A stretch of 59,825 bases of DNA, filler included, from Sphacelaria rigidula (Eukaryota), in NCBI GenBank assembly GCA_964200075.2. It is 5 parts of 5 records of this genome, joined end to end, with 100 filler letters (N's around TTAATTAATTAA, not from the genome) between each part and the next. Parts side by side here need not be neighbours in the genome. Positions count along the whole stretch, not along the records: positions 11,987 to 23,872 come from CAXNAA020004376.1; 4 more parts are not named here. The stretch is one strand, 5' to 3'. How positions within the stretch are numbered: position 1 is the first letter of the stretch; every line of letters begins with the position of its first letter. Both the position numbers and the translations under genes were made by a program. Under the pieces are notes generated by a model. That model worked only from the letters and a program-made list of their open reading frames with translations, was not told the origin of the DNA and did not search any database. Below are positions 12,133 to 23,972 of this stretch, piece by piece.

Positions 12133-13280
12133 CTTTGTTCACTGATCGTGTCCTATTTCGATGCACCCTTTTCATACGAGACCGTGTAATACACCCTCGT
12201 GTACTCACCATACTCATCGACCACAAGGCGTTTTCCGCGGCATCTCTCCGGATAGCTACCCGTATCCTTGTCAATTCGACATGTTGCTGTGAACGTACAG
12301 CACCACCATGCTGTGGCCACAAGCGGCAGGGGGTGCCGGCTTCGCCCTAGACCCGCCGGTATCGCGAAACGAGAGCGACCAGTGAAGAAAATGATCGAGA
12401 GAGGACAGTAGTCTCGGACGCCACGAATGTTTCAAAACAGAAACCGCATCCGCCCAAGTGAAGAATAGTGAACCTGATATCGGATTGTTGGTCGATGGGT
12501 CTGCTTTCGCTTTTTGTAGCCGAATCTGAAACCGAGGGGTTAATGTTCTCGGACAGAGTCTCTGTGACGATGAACAGCCGTAACACATACAGGATGGTGT
12601 ACAGACAACACCAGGCAGTACAGCCAGTGACCGTACAGCCAGCGCTCGCCCCGTCATTGTATGTATCGTTCCTAAACTTTCAAGGGTGCATGCTCTGTTG
12701 TGGTCAATGTGCTGTAATGTGTAGAGGCGATGTTTCTCCCAGCGTGTGCCACCGCGGAAACACGTTTTACATGAGCTGCAGTAGTCTTGAAAGGTTAATT
12801 TCGGATCATACTCGGTATCTGTCTTGTTTTGAGCGTAGTACAGAATGTGGGGACGTTGCCACGGAGCGCAGGTCCTGTTCGTTGTTAAGTAAACGATTGT
12901 TTGTAGGGCGCTCTTGATGACTGAAATCAAATGCGTATTTGAAACGAGCACAAGTGAAGAAGATGGCACCATAATCACGCAATTGTTTTGTGGCCATTCT
13001 ACATGCACGCCTATTCTTTTCTCGCAAGCGGACTTGCTGTGCAGAGTAGCGAAAAATGTAAGTAGAGGAATGGGCCTGCGTTGAAGCAGCCGATGAGTGA
13101 AAGTGGACCCGTGTAGCACTCGTTCGCAAAACCAATAAGCAGACAAGTAACAGCGTTTTCATTCCTTCATCAGCATAATTCTACTCAACATTTGACGACC
13201 TGCAGGCACTTCGATCTTGTCGGCCTAGTACACAGAGTTACTGCGATGGCGCCGCAAGCATCCCACACACTGCGTATCTT

Positions 13281-13431
13281 CCACGGTTAGGACGAATCAT
13301 CACGGCTAAGAATCACCAAATCCACGATTTCTTCGACCTGATTGCCCTAAAGGGAGAAAAAAGTTGACCGCTGATCCAAGGGGTATCCACGCAACCTTTG
13401 CGCCATTCCACGTGTCTGGGCTGCGTGTACC
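13281..13431. repeat. Dispersed repeat, reverse-complement homologue of 35958-36102 (empty site for the TTAA MITE)
   Basis: ccacggttaggacgaatcatcacggcta...cacgtgtctgggctgcgtgtacc aligns to the reverse complement of the start of contig 4. Confidence 0.85.
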
Positions 13432-14310
13432 TGGATTGCAACGCTGAAAACAAAGCCTAGGGATTGATTGGCACGAGTCCAATCATTTTTACTAGAACCA
13501 AGTAACTTCCAGACGAATCATTATCTGTCCGACCCTTGGTATCTTCAGAAACACTACAAGTATAGCTATGCAACCTTACATGCTCACCGTATTGTCTACT
13601 ATTGCCCATGGACCCGCTCCCCTTCCCCGTGTTCTTTGGTGTTGCTCCGTGAAGTTCCCTGCAGGAACGAGAGAACAAGCGGCGACGAATGTCCGGAGAA
13701 CCGCTCGTATTGCGACCAGGTGGGTACTTTTCCTCTCTACATGACCAACATACCACATACCGTACACCACGTACGCCTGCATGATTGCATAGTCTTCTCC
13801 AGGAACTGCTCTTGATTTCAATGCCCCGGAAAAGGCACAGTCGACCAAACACCGTTTCCTGTGGCGCGCATCATCCTCCGTTCGTTCCTCAGAGAAGTGA
13901 CGCTGAACGTGATCGCTCAGTACGTGCTGTATACTCGAGCGATGGCAGATCACGTTATTTTCGGTTCCTGCAGCAGATCGCCAGCCGTTCCGCGCCGTAC
14001 CTATTTTGCTTCCACTATTGTCCAAAATTGTCTTGCACACGATGTGTCAATGTGTCTATGTGTCCTATACTGTAGCTATGTTTAGCTGCAATGCTTCGGG
14101 TTCCGTCGAATAGAGGTGGCCCGTGCTGCATTTTCCACTGGGGATCGGGTCCTAACCCATGCAGCGGTGCTCCACCAACCTAGTGCGCTCGACCCCTCAT
14201 GCCCATTTTGTCGCGGTCTCTCTCGTTTTTTTCTCTCACCTGTCCCGTTTCTATTCGCGATGTTGTCGGGTGGCCTTCGCGGGTGGCATTTTTTGGTCGC
14301 AGATCTGAAA

Positions 14311-15369
14311 ATGGAGATCGATGGCATAGAGTGTGAGATCGATCCCGATGACACTATCGATGATGTTCTCAAGTGTGCCGGGGATGGTGACGACCAACAG
14401 GTGAGCGATTAAACTGCACGTTGCATACGGCTGTGGAACTGCGATCGATCACAAAGCCTTTTGGTGTTGTCAGTGCGGCCCCATATTCCTTTTGTCTTGT
14501 AATGAGAACCAACTTTCGTTTCACCGTGACACAAGCGAGTCCTTGTAGGTTATCTCAAGGACTATTTCCTCATTTTGCATGGTGCCGAACGATCATATTC
14601 TCAGGGCGCCGCATTTTTCACCGTATTCCCGGAACAAGAAGAGGATCTTGGAGCTTCACGCTTGAAAACAAACGCAACTTCCCCCCCAGCTGCTTGCGGG
14701 GCACTGCCTGGCCCGGTGCTTGGGGCAGACCCGTTCTGGTCAGCCGCGACGGCCCCACATCAGAACTCGGTGTTCATCGGTGGTCCTATAATGTCAGCTA
14801 CAATGGAGATGCCACAATCGCAGATTTTCCCGCAAGATGGTGCCGGCTGGGAGGCCACGTCAGCGGCGCCACAGCGGGCGCCAGCCGAGGGTTGTGCGTC
14901 TCTTTCGGCGGGAATCGTATTTCCCGCGCACCAGCTTTTCCGAACGCCCGAGTCAGCTTTCAGATCAGGTGCAATCGAGTCATACTGTCCACCATTTTCT
15001 GCTGCAGCGCAAGTTCTCCCACCGATATCACCACACGCGGAGATGGTGGTGCTGCAGCGTGACGTATTTTGTGGGAAGGAAATTTCGCAGGGAGACTTTG
15101 GCGGCGATGGAATTCCCGATGCGTTTTCTACTCAAGAGCGGAACGGCGTCTTGAGCCACAGTCTCTTCATGTATGAAGCCGCTGAAAATTTGATCGTGCA
15201 TGCGATTTTCTTGCGGACAGAATCGGCGTTTGCCCTAGCCCGACGGCTTCGCGCCGAGTTGTTTTTCACTGAGCTAGCCCTGGCGACGGGAGAAGCGCCG
15301 GCCGAGGTTCTAGATGGAGTGCGCAACGCCGTCGAAAGCGTCTCTACTGAACGACCTCACAAGTCGCAG
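14311..15369 (+). CDS. Hypothetical protein A (orphan; carries domain shared with 18859-20223); 3' structure uncertain
   Basis: Exon 14311-14400 (MEIDGIECEIDPDDTIDDVLK...QQ|gtgag) splices in phase to exon 14605-15369 (ctcag|GAAFF...HKSQ|gtgat). Downstream exons are not resolved. Confidence 0.55.
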
Positions 15370-16193
15370 GTGATACATAACGTGTATATATATATATATT
15401 GCAGTGATACAAAACGCTTCTCCAAGTGCTGTGCTGCTAGTCGTATACCCTCCTTGGTTCTGAAGTGCAGGTATCGGCGCATGTGCAAGCTCCGGTGTAT
15501 GTGACAGCGCAGGATTGCCATGCTGTTTGGCTGTGTTACAACTGAGCGTCTTACCCAGTCTATCAGGTACCACTGTTGCACAGATCCCCTCTGTCGCGGT
15601 GAAATGAAGGCTTTTGCGTTGATGATTCAAAGCGTTGTGGCGGCCATCTGTCCGCAAAGCACTAGACTCGACCTCTACATACGAGGTCAAGGAAGGTGCT
15701 GGCGATTACCGCTTGGCTTGTGTCGCAGAAGGGCGCAGTTCCTGCAGTGAAAGTTGACGGCAAAGCGTCGGTTAAGCGTGGCAAGCACACACATTGGGAG
15801 ATCGAGATGAGTTGCATGACGGCCCGTGCGAGCAAGCGCGAGGGTATTACTGCTTCTCAGAGCGTCCAGATACGTTTAAAAAATTGCACGACCATGTGTC
15901 ATTGTTGAGGCGATGATACGGCACGGTAGCATACAGACTGGGTACTAGATTCCTGCTGATCCAAGTTGGTGCACGTACTCAGGGTGTGGTGTTTTTTGTC
16001 GCTCGGGCAACTCGCACCGTGTTTCTTGAGCTACGCGTACCCCGAGCTTGCCCTGCTTCATCAGCGTCCCAGACGTACGGCAGCACCTCCCCATTTTGAT
16101 TGTTCCCAGTGCACTTGATGTTACACGTCACAAAAGTTGTTACACGCGGAGTCCTGTTTAAAGTCAAGCCGAATCAAATTAAGCGTCGGGCCC

Positions 16194-16235
16194 GGCTAGT
16201 ACTACAGCGTGGTGGACCACGCTGTAGTACTAGCC
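16194..16235. repeat. Perfect 20-bp inverted repeat with 2-nt loop
   Basis: ggctagtactacagcgtggt-gg-accacgctgtagtactagcc. Confidence 0.95.
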
Positions 16236-17462
16236 TGGCTTAGCTTATAACGTACCGAAATTTCTGACGTGTAACGTTGAGTGCCTTGATTATCACGACC
16301 AGGCGTCGCCACTGACACCGTTCGTACCTGTGAGAACCGGTCGGTACACATTTGCTATTCGTTCGTACAATTTCACTGGCGAGTATTTTGTGATCTACGC
16401 CCGGCACAGCAACACATCGTTGTTCCAGTGAAATATGGCGCCGCCAGCACTTGTCAGGGCATTGATGCCTCGGCATGCACCCTAGCGCAAGCATGTCTTT
16501 CGGCGGTGAACGAAACCTTGGCACAGGCGCGATGTGGAAAATGACGATGATAGCAACGACAGTAGCGCTTTCCTTCCCCGTCTTCCTCTCCCCCTTTGCC
16601 TCGCGGCCCCGCGCGCACTGTTTTTCGGTGAAACCAGGGCTTTCGAGATGCGGCGCCAAACCCACAAGACGCAAGCCCGTTTGGCCTATATGTGAGTGTA
16701 CAGCGAGATTTCCACCAGGCGTTACATGCTGTCCAGTATTTCCAGTATTACGGTAGTTCGGTAGTGGAAGTAAGCAACACCGGCAAGTGCGAAGCGGCAC
16801 TGCTAATGTGGAAAATGAGACCGCGAAGTCTCAGGTTGCGCTTGACAGCAGCTCAACTTATGCTCCTGAATGCGCACGAGCTGAAATTCCTCCCATTAAG
16901 GCAAACTGTGTTATTGTACCTCCATGCTCCGGCTTCGTTGTCTTCCTTCTCGGTGCTTTGTTTCGTTTAGATGTCCATCTCTGGGGTGACGAGTCTATGT
17001 TTGACTCACGGCAACCTGGATGGCTTCGAATGCGTCTCACGCTATCTAAGGGGGGAGCCAAAGGGGACACGTCCTTCTCATACAGCCGGAGCTGGCGAAA
17101 GTTCGCCGGAGGCAGGCGGGGACTGTCCACAATTTTCTGAGCTTGAAGCTGCGACCAGCTTGTACGTTTTGGGCGGCAAATCACAACCATGTGACATCGA
17201 CAGCCCTCTGTCGTTCGTCGAGGGTCAAGGGGTAAATATTTTTTGTCTCCGCAGCTCGGTGAGTACGATTGGAATCCCTTGGTTGTACGTGGTGACTTTG
17301 AGTATGAGTGCTTACATTTGTTGCTCTTAGATTGTCTTGTCGGTTCGCCGACTAGTTTTCAGTGGCGCCGCTCGCGCAGTGAGCGCACCTTGTAACAAAC
17401 CTGCGGTGCAGGCGAGGTACTCTAGTTTGAGTGCCCTGCTACGAGCGGATTTTTAGTTTGCA

Positions 17463-17739
17463 GGCCCATTTTCCCTTCATTTTAAAAAGTCGGCCCCTGA
17501 AATTTGGTATGGACAGTGAGTAGGGCATAATAATAAAAAAAACAGATATGGACTAGAAGATTTTTTTTTCGTGATTCAACGGCATTTTACTTAGACCTGA
17601 AAAGTGATTGTGGCCTCTAACTCATGAAAAAAATGAAAAATCTTGGGTCGATAAATATATTCATATATTTATTATGCCCTGTTTTTTGTCCGTACCAAAT
17701 TTCAGGGGCGAACCGTAAAAATTGAAGCGAAAATGGGCC
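17463..17739. mobile_element. Foldback/MITE-like element, ~277 bp
   Basis: ggcccattttc...gcccctgaaatttggtatggaca...agggcataataa pairs with ttattatgccct...tgtccgtaccaaatttcaggggc...gaaaatgggcc. Confidence 0.75.
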
Positions 17740-17953
17740 GTTTAGTAACCGGGTTGGCAGAAGTTCGGAACAGTATTTTGCAGGCCACTTACCGGCCCAC
17801 GTTTGGTGTTTGTGTATCGAAATTTTGCATGGGACCTCGGTGCGGCATATTGAACCAAAAAAGGTCAGTTTGGTGTTTATTCATTTTTTCACTAGTTTAG
17901 GGCGTTTTATTATGGGAACGCCAATTTTTTACGAGATCACCCGAACCTCTCCT

Positions 17954-17986
<33 letters not shown>

Positions 17987-18102
17987 TCCTTTTTTTTTTC
18001 TTTCCCTCTTTTTTGTTCGTTTGCGTGGTGTTTCGGTGTGTTGGNNNNNNNNNNTTTTTATTTTTTTGTTGTTTGATACTACTTTTTTGATAATTCCACC
18101 CC

Positions 18103-18138
<36 letters not shown>

Positions 18139-18673
18139 AATTGAAGGCCTTTTTTATTTTATTCAACATACCTATGTGGTTCTCCATCCTGAGTTTCTTA
18201 TCACAATTCTACACGTTGAGCTGGAAAATGGAGGTCAAGCCCAAGTGCAGTGTTCATCTCTCCTCATAACTCCCTTAAAGGAATGAAAAACATGTTTGTT
18301 TGTTTTTTCATTTTATTATGCACTGGCGATTCTACATATGAAATGTCAAAGCACAAACTCTCAAAAACTGAGACGCGATATCTTTATTTAGTGCATCTGG
18401 TGCTTCTGCTCGTAATATATTGATTTCAGTATAGAAACTTATGTGCGCCATATCTCGAGATAAATAACGAATTAGGTGAAGTTGAGGGTATCTCTCGTCT
18501 GCCCGTGCTCCAGAAAATGTCCACACCAAAAGTCGTCGTCATCCGCTGAATGTATCGTTTGAATTTTCATATAGAGTTTTGTATGGACATTATGTTAGTA
18601 CGGTGTAAGAATTCCGAGACATGGGGTTCAAGCAACGATAAATTATTGGCGTAGACTTTCGAGCAGATGAGCC

Positions 18674-18786
18674 CCTTCCCCTTGTTCAGACGATTAATAC
18701 GATATGCGGATCACGGCCCAACTCGCCTGTGTCGATGAGATATTGCTTTGAGAGCTTGAACCCGTTCCTAGGCTGGCCCAGCTCGT
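18674..18786 (+). repeat. Dispersed repeat also at 47942-48055
   Basis: cttccccttg...atacgatatgcggatcacggcccaactcg...ggcccagctcgta is present in both contigs. Confidence 0.85.
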
Positions 18787-18858
18787 ACGCCGTTTGATTT
18801 ACCTGCTACCCTGCTACTCGTCACGCTGACGTGTGCTGACTAGGAATGCGACGTCAGG

Positions 18859-20223
18859 ATGCATTCGGCTTCTGGAGATGGTAGCGCCAAAGAGCCACCA
18901 AGACTCGCGGACAAGAGCAGGCGTACAGGCACCGGATTTACGGAGTGCGAGACTCTTGGATTCACTGTGAAGAGCAGATCTGAGGAAAACAGCGTGTCCT
19001 TGGATGAAACTAGATTTATGGAGAATGATGGGCCTAAGGAGAGCACCACGTCTGCGGAGAAGGGCCGATTCATGGGGACGGACAGACCTCTGCAAATGGT
19101 CGAACCTGCGGAAAACGGTAGGTCCGCGCGGAAGATCAACCTCGGGAACGCAACGCGCTGCAATACTGTTGCCCCTACGTGCAGTATGATCGCCGATGCG
19201 GTGGCGACAAGGATGCGCTTGCAACGGCAGGCTGAGTTGGCGAAGGATAACCCTGCAGGTACCGGGAAGCGACAGGCCAAATTGACGAAGGGATCCGCAG
19301 GTAACGGTATAGTGGCAGCGACCGGCGTACGTTTAACAAAGGCCACACATACGGAAAGGAAGAAAAGTCCTGGGCAACGTAGATGTATTCCTGGGGACAA
19401 GCCGATGTTCACGTCGGTGGTCAACGATGCGTGGAAAAGCAAGGCCATTTGGGCTGATCGCAAAACGACGCAGGCGACATGTCCCAAGATACGAATATAT
19501 CAAAATCCGCAAGTACAGGCGGCATCTCCCAAGATACGAATATCTCAAAATCCGGTAGTACGGGCGGCATCTCCCAAGATACGAATATCTCCAAACCCAA
19601 AAGTAAGGGCGATATCTGCCAAACTACGAGTATCGCAACAGCCGGGAGTGCAGACGACATCTGTCAAGAAACGGAAATCGCAGAAGTCGGAGATACAGGT
19701 GACATTCGCCAAAAAACAGAAATCGCAACAACCGGAACTGCAGGCGACATCTGGCCGAAAATCGCAAAAGTCCAAGGCACAGCCGAAAATCGCCTCTCCA
19801 CGGTTATCGCCACAACCGAAGCTTCAGGCGGCATCTGCCCGGAAATCGCTAAAGAGCAAGCTACAGCCGATGTTCGCCACACTTCGGAGATCACAGAAGC
19901 CGATGATATGTGACGAATCATGGGCACCCCAGCCGGCGGTCGAGATGATCCTCATCAATATGATCATGCTCCGCACCACGTCAGGCGAGGCTTTCAGGCT
20001 GAGGACCGCAGCGGAAACGTATTTCACTCTTTTGGCGAACGAGACTGGGGAAGATGCTGAAGTGCTCACTTCGAGTATCAAGGCTGCTGTGGAAACTCGG
20101 GGCTCCGTCGTTCGCCTCGCCAACAACAAGCTGGTGATCGAGCAGCGATTCGTGGTGAGACCTCACCGACTCATCGAGTTTGACGAGCGAATTCGCTGTG
20201 CTTACGCGAACGTGCAGGGATAA
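18859..20223 (+). CDS. Hypothetical protein B, 454-aa ORF: low-complexity N-terminus, basic 15-aa tandem repeats, C-terminal domain paralogous to protein A
   Basis: Long open frame. There is a possible donor near 20154 and a further candidate exon at about 20619-20855 (ttgcag|VSFKRAF...ILADQ|gtaag). Confidence 0.6.
   Translation: MHSASGDGSAKEPPRLADKSRRTGTGFTECETLGFTVKSRSEENSVSLDETRFMENDGPKESTTSAEKGRFMGTDRPLQMVEPAENGRSARKINLGNATRCNTVAPTCSMIADAVATRMRLQRQAELAKDNPAGTGKRQAKLTKGSAGNGIVAATGVRLTKATHTERKKSPGQRRCIPGDKPMFTSVVNDAWKSKAIWADRKTTQATCPKIRIYQNPQVQAASPKIRISQNPVVRAASPKIRISPNPKVRAISAKLRVSQQPGVQTTSVKKRKSQKSEIQVTFAKKQKSQQPELQATSGRKSQKSKAQPKIASPRLSPQPKLQAASARKSLKSKLQPMFATLRRSQKPMICDESWAPQPAVEMILINMIMLRTTSGEAFRLRTAAETYFTLLANETGEDAEVLTSSIKAAVETRGSVVRLANNKLVIEQRFVVRPHRLIEFDERIRCAYANVQG
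19471..19908 (+). repeat. Coding minisatellite, ~10 x 45 bp (some 39 bp)
   Basis: Units resemble caggcggcatctcccaagatacgaatatctcaaaatccggtagta = QAASPKIRISQNPVV and diverge progressively along the array. Confidence 0.9.
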
Positions 20224-21226
20224 CTAGGTGCTTGCAGGACGTGGGTGGCGCTGATTGTGGCACCGCATAGCGAAGTCTGTAGAAGCACAGGAAAGTTGGT
20301 GATATGTGATGTTTGTCGTACTGTCCAGAGAGCACGCTGGAGCACTCATGATGTCTGCTTTGTCCCGTTGAGTCTTGAATCTTGACTCGATAAAGCTACG
20401 GGTGTGCGCGAGCGCATGTGTACAAAACAAGATCACGTAACACCCTGGAAAACGACTGCCTGCTGGTGCGTTCAAACGCCTTTCGCAGCATATCAGGCCA
20501 GTGTTTGCTCACATTGATGCTTATCAAAGCTCACATTACACCCCGCTACGATGATGCCTCCCACTCGCTCTTCATTTCGTGTTCATTTTCGGGCCCATCT
20601 CATCCGACGTCATTGCAGGTGTCGTTCAAGCGCGCTTTCAAGCTGTTCAAAACGCGCGAGAATCAGGACGGGTTCTTATGCCTTACCCGTCGGCTCCTCA
20701 GCCACCGAATAATCCCACGCGCAGCATCTGCGACCCCTTCGTCCGTGGAGGTGATGAAAAGCTGGCGCACTCGCCCCTATGAATTCGGAAAAGTCCCCGG
20801 GAAGATTAGACGCTGCCTGGTCAATGGCATGGTGTTTTTCATCCTGGCCGATCAGGTAAGCCGGGTAAAGGCTATACTGCCGTGGCGAACATTTTGGGGT
20901 GTGTAGTGTTGTCCGTGCGAACATGGAGAGTCGTCGATTACATGTCCAAACATCTGTTGAAAGGAAATGTGTTCGTCCAACTGACGTTTCCTTTTGCTTA
21001 GCTCATGGCGGCGGAACATGTTTATAAAACCTCGGCCCCTGGCACATTCGGTTTGTTTGTCACTCTGAACTCCTTCCTTTCGTTGGGACGATCAACCCAT
21101 CTCTCCCCGGTACATGAACAGCAGTACTTGTCAAGCCACTCGATACTTCATCTCCGTGTGAGGAAAAACCTCCGAGATATTCAGACCTTGGCCAAACTGA
21201 CAGTACCTCTCTGTTCAGCTACCCCT

Positions 21227-21290
21227 TGATTGTCTCACTTCAACTGACCCCCAGGGATCCAGCCGTGGCCGCATGATAGATATACCCGAG
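21227..21290 (-). mobile_element. Extreme 3' end of RTE-like LINE
   Basis: The reverse complement ctatcatgcggccacggctggatccctgggggtcagttgaagtgagacaatcaa nearly matches 53678-53733. Confidence 0.75.
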
Positions 21291-23493
21291 GCAAAACCCA
21301 TACAACGATTGTATAAGTCTAGGCCGCAGATGGGCTCACATCAACTATGAATGGGCAAGAAAGCACGATATTTGTAGGCATTGCATGTTAACCGCACATT
21401 GTTCACAGAGGCTTATGGCGACATATACCGATTGTAGTAACATACCCATCGAACGGTAGAGGTAGATTTTGACTCGGGCAGGCAGACATTTAGACAAAAG
21501 GACTACCCGCGGATGTGGGCAGTTGGGGTCGATTCACCACACAGTCGACTAACACGTGAAGAATCGAACCCCACGGCAAAGAGATACTTTTTTCGTACTC
21601 GGAAAAGCCTGATATATTCAACAAATCAAACTCCTGAAGCGGAACTCCTGTTGTTTCATAGCGCAGTGGACATATTACAGTAAGCGCCGGGAATACAAAA
21701 CTCCGTTCGGATCACCCATTACAGGATCACACGAAAAGAGGAATACCTCAACATTCAACGCTTCCGATGGTTGTTATTTTGCAAGAGCTGCCCAGTGGTT
21801 TTCTCACCCCCAATTCACGAGGGAGTGTGGAACGAGGAAGTGTACGGTTGCCACAGGCACTCGAATCTAGAATGCAGCAGACAAAACTCTGCACGCGTTC
21901 CACTCTCTCCAACGAAGCTCCTGCCCGACGTACATACGCCGCAACTTGCAATCCCTCAAGAACAAGCACGCTATAGCCGTCATTCATCCAGATCAATCCT
22001 CCGAGTCACTCATTACTGTGGCAGTCAATGGCAAGTATGTAAGTTGTATCATTTCCATAGAAGACGGCACACATGCTTCGAAAATGTTAATTTTACTGCA
22101 GCACGAAAGCTCCATCATTACATAAGCTTGAGTAGTCAACACCGTACCAGAAAGTTGGAAACACCCACGCACCACTTGCTGTGATGGACGATGGCGTGTA
22201 CCACGGACAACACAGCCAACAAAGCACAAATCACTTCACCTCATGTCTTACTATTCGCACCACAAAGTAAACATGGCAAGCACTCGAGTTCAGGTTCCAA
22301 TCGCAAATCATGCATTTCGACGACAGGGAACAAAGCACTCGGGCTATAATGCCAAGCCCAAGCTTCGCACGCCTTCTTGATCCGAAAGATAGTGCTTGGA
22401 GCCCTTCACCGCTCGGACCCGAACAGTGTTTGATTATGCAAAATACATCACATGCCACGCGCTATCAAAGATAACGGCAGATAAAACCGAAGCTGACACT
22501 GTGCATAAACCACCACCCCTTCGAGTAACTATCCGTTCAGGAGGCATACGCTGTTGGAGAGTCTCCCCGGCACATTTCGAGGTCGAAAAACCTCAAACCT
22601 AAAAACCTGAAACATCATTTTGCGGGTTGTCCAGGTTTTCGCCCCGGTTTTCGTAGAATGGGCACTAGCAACTGGAGATTTGCCGGCTTTAGACGGTAAT
22701 CCACCATCTCTCTATCCAAGTCCGTATCCTACTCGAGGTGTCTTCGAACAGTTCGCCGCTATTTTGCGATCCAATCTATGTCAAACATGGCTCAACTTCT
22801 AAAGCCAAATATTTTCAAATGACCACTCCAATATACTTTACCTAAAACTCCGGCTGAGCGATCCATTACTCTAAAGTAATTCGATTAATCTCAGACAAGA
22901 ACTCGAGCCTGTAACCGAGGATCAATTAAATCTCAGAAATCAGCAATCGAAAATCTCAGAATTACTACAGGCTGGGCCAGCAAAGGGTGCCGCATTTGCA
23001 TCTCCAACCATAAGTCGTCAAGTTTACCAAATCAGCTCGACTTGAGCATATCGCTGTGAACTGCGAACCAACCTCGTAATGCACGGCACCGCCGCTGGTC
23101 GATTGGCGAAGTTTTGGCGATGATGTTATTGTACTGCATTGAGTACCAGGAACGTGTCTTGTCGCGTGATGGCGTGTCTGATGACGTTTGTTTCACGAAA
23201 TGCGGTGGAATTACGGTAAGGAATTTCGCCGCACAGGCACGCGTACCGTAGACTGGTACTGGTACGAGTACTGTAGTGCTGCAAGATCGCATCAAGGTTG
23301 TCAACAGCTCCATCATGGGAGAGAACCTCCCAGCCGATGGCCATTTACCACCGTAAGAGGGAGAAGCACTACATCAAACTGTACTATACACTCCCAAGGT
23401 GCAAGACCGTTACCAAAATGCAGAAACTCTTCGCAACACGTGATGAATGACGCACAAAAAAATGCCAGATTATGCGCAAAAACAAAGTGGTCG

Positions 23494-23561
23494 TGTCGGA
23501 ATTTGAACTCGCGACCTCTGTAATAAGGGGCGGTTCTACCAGTTTGACCAACGGGTGCCAG
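23494..23561 (-). repeat. tRNA-derived (SINE-head-like) fragment
   Basis: The minus strand has A-box-like TGGTCAAACTGG and B-box-like GAGTTCAAATTCC. It is too short and degenerate to be a tRNA gene. Confidence 0.45.
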
Positions 23562-23572
23562 ACGAAAAAGTG

Positions 23573-23846
23573 GATGCTGTGAGTAATTCGAAGAGTTAGG
23601 CGCTAAAATTTTGACACAGCAGTTTGTTATCACTGCGAACAATGTTTCTCGAGGTGCATCCGTATTTCTTCTCTTCTTTTTTTTCACGGTGTTATAGCCT
23701 ATTTCTACTTTTTACACAAACTTCGAATCGCTCTAACTTCCCGGGTTTTTTTTTGCGAATGCACCTCCAGAAATGTTGTGCGTAGTGATGATACAAATGT
23801 TGTGTCAAAATTTCAGTGCCTGACTCTTTAAATTACCCACAGCATC
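23573..23846. mobile_element. Foldback element with ~100-bp imperfect arms
   Basis: gatgctgtgagtaattcgaagagttaggcgctaaaattttgacaca...gaggtgcat is the reverse complement of atgcacctc...tgtgtcaaaatttcagtgcctgactctttaaattacccacagcatc. Confidence 0.8.
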
Positions 23847-23872
23847 GCCACAATACATTTAAAAGTCACTCT

Positions 23873-23972
23873 NNNNNNNNNNNNNNNNNNNNNNNNNNNN
23901 NNNNNNNNNNNNNNNNTTAATTAATTAANNNNNNNNNNNNNNNNNNNNNNNNNNNNNNNNNNNNNNNNNNNN
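23873..23972. other. Artificial contig linker
   Basis: N44-TTAATTAATTAA-N44. Confidence 0.97.

Noticed and set aside
12271-13146. 291-aa minus-strand ORF
   Set aside because: No recognisable motifs or splice context; the composition looks like translated non-coding DNA.
19479-19927. Overlapping alternative-frame and antisense ORFs in the repeat array
   Set aside because: Expected by-product of a 45-bp repeat lacking stops in several frames.
23178-23235. CTGATGA...GAAA hammerhead-like core
   Set aside because: The stem II closing pair and the NUH cleavage triplet are missing.
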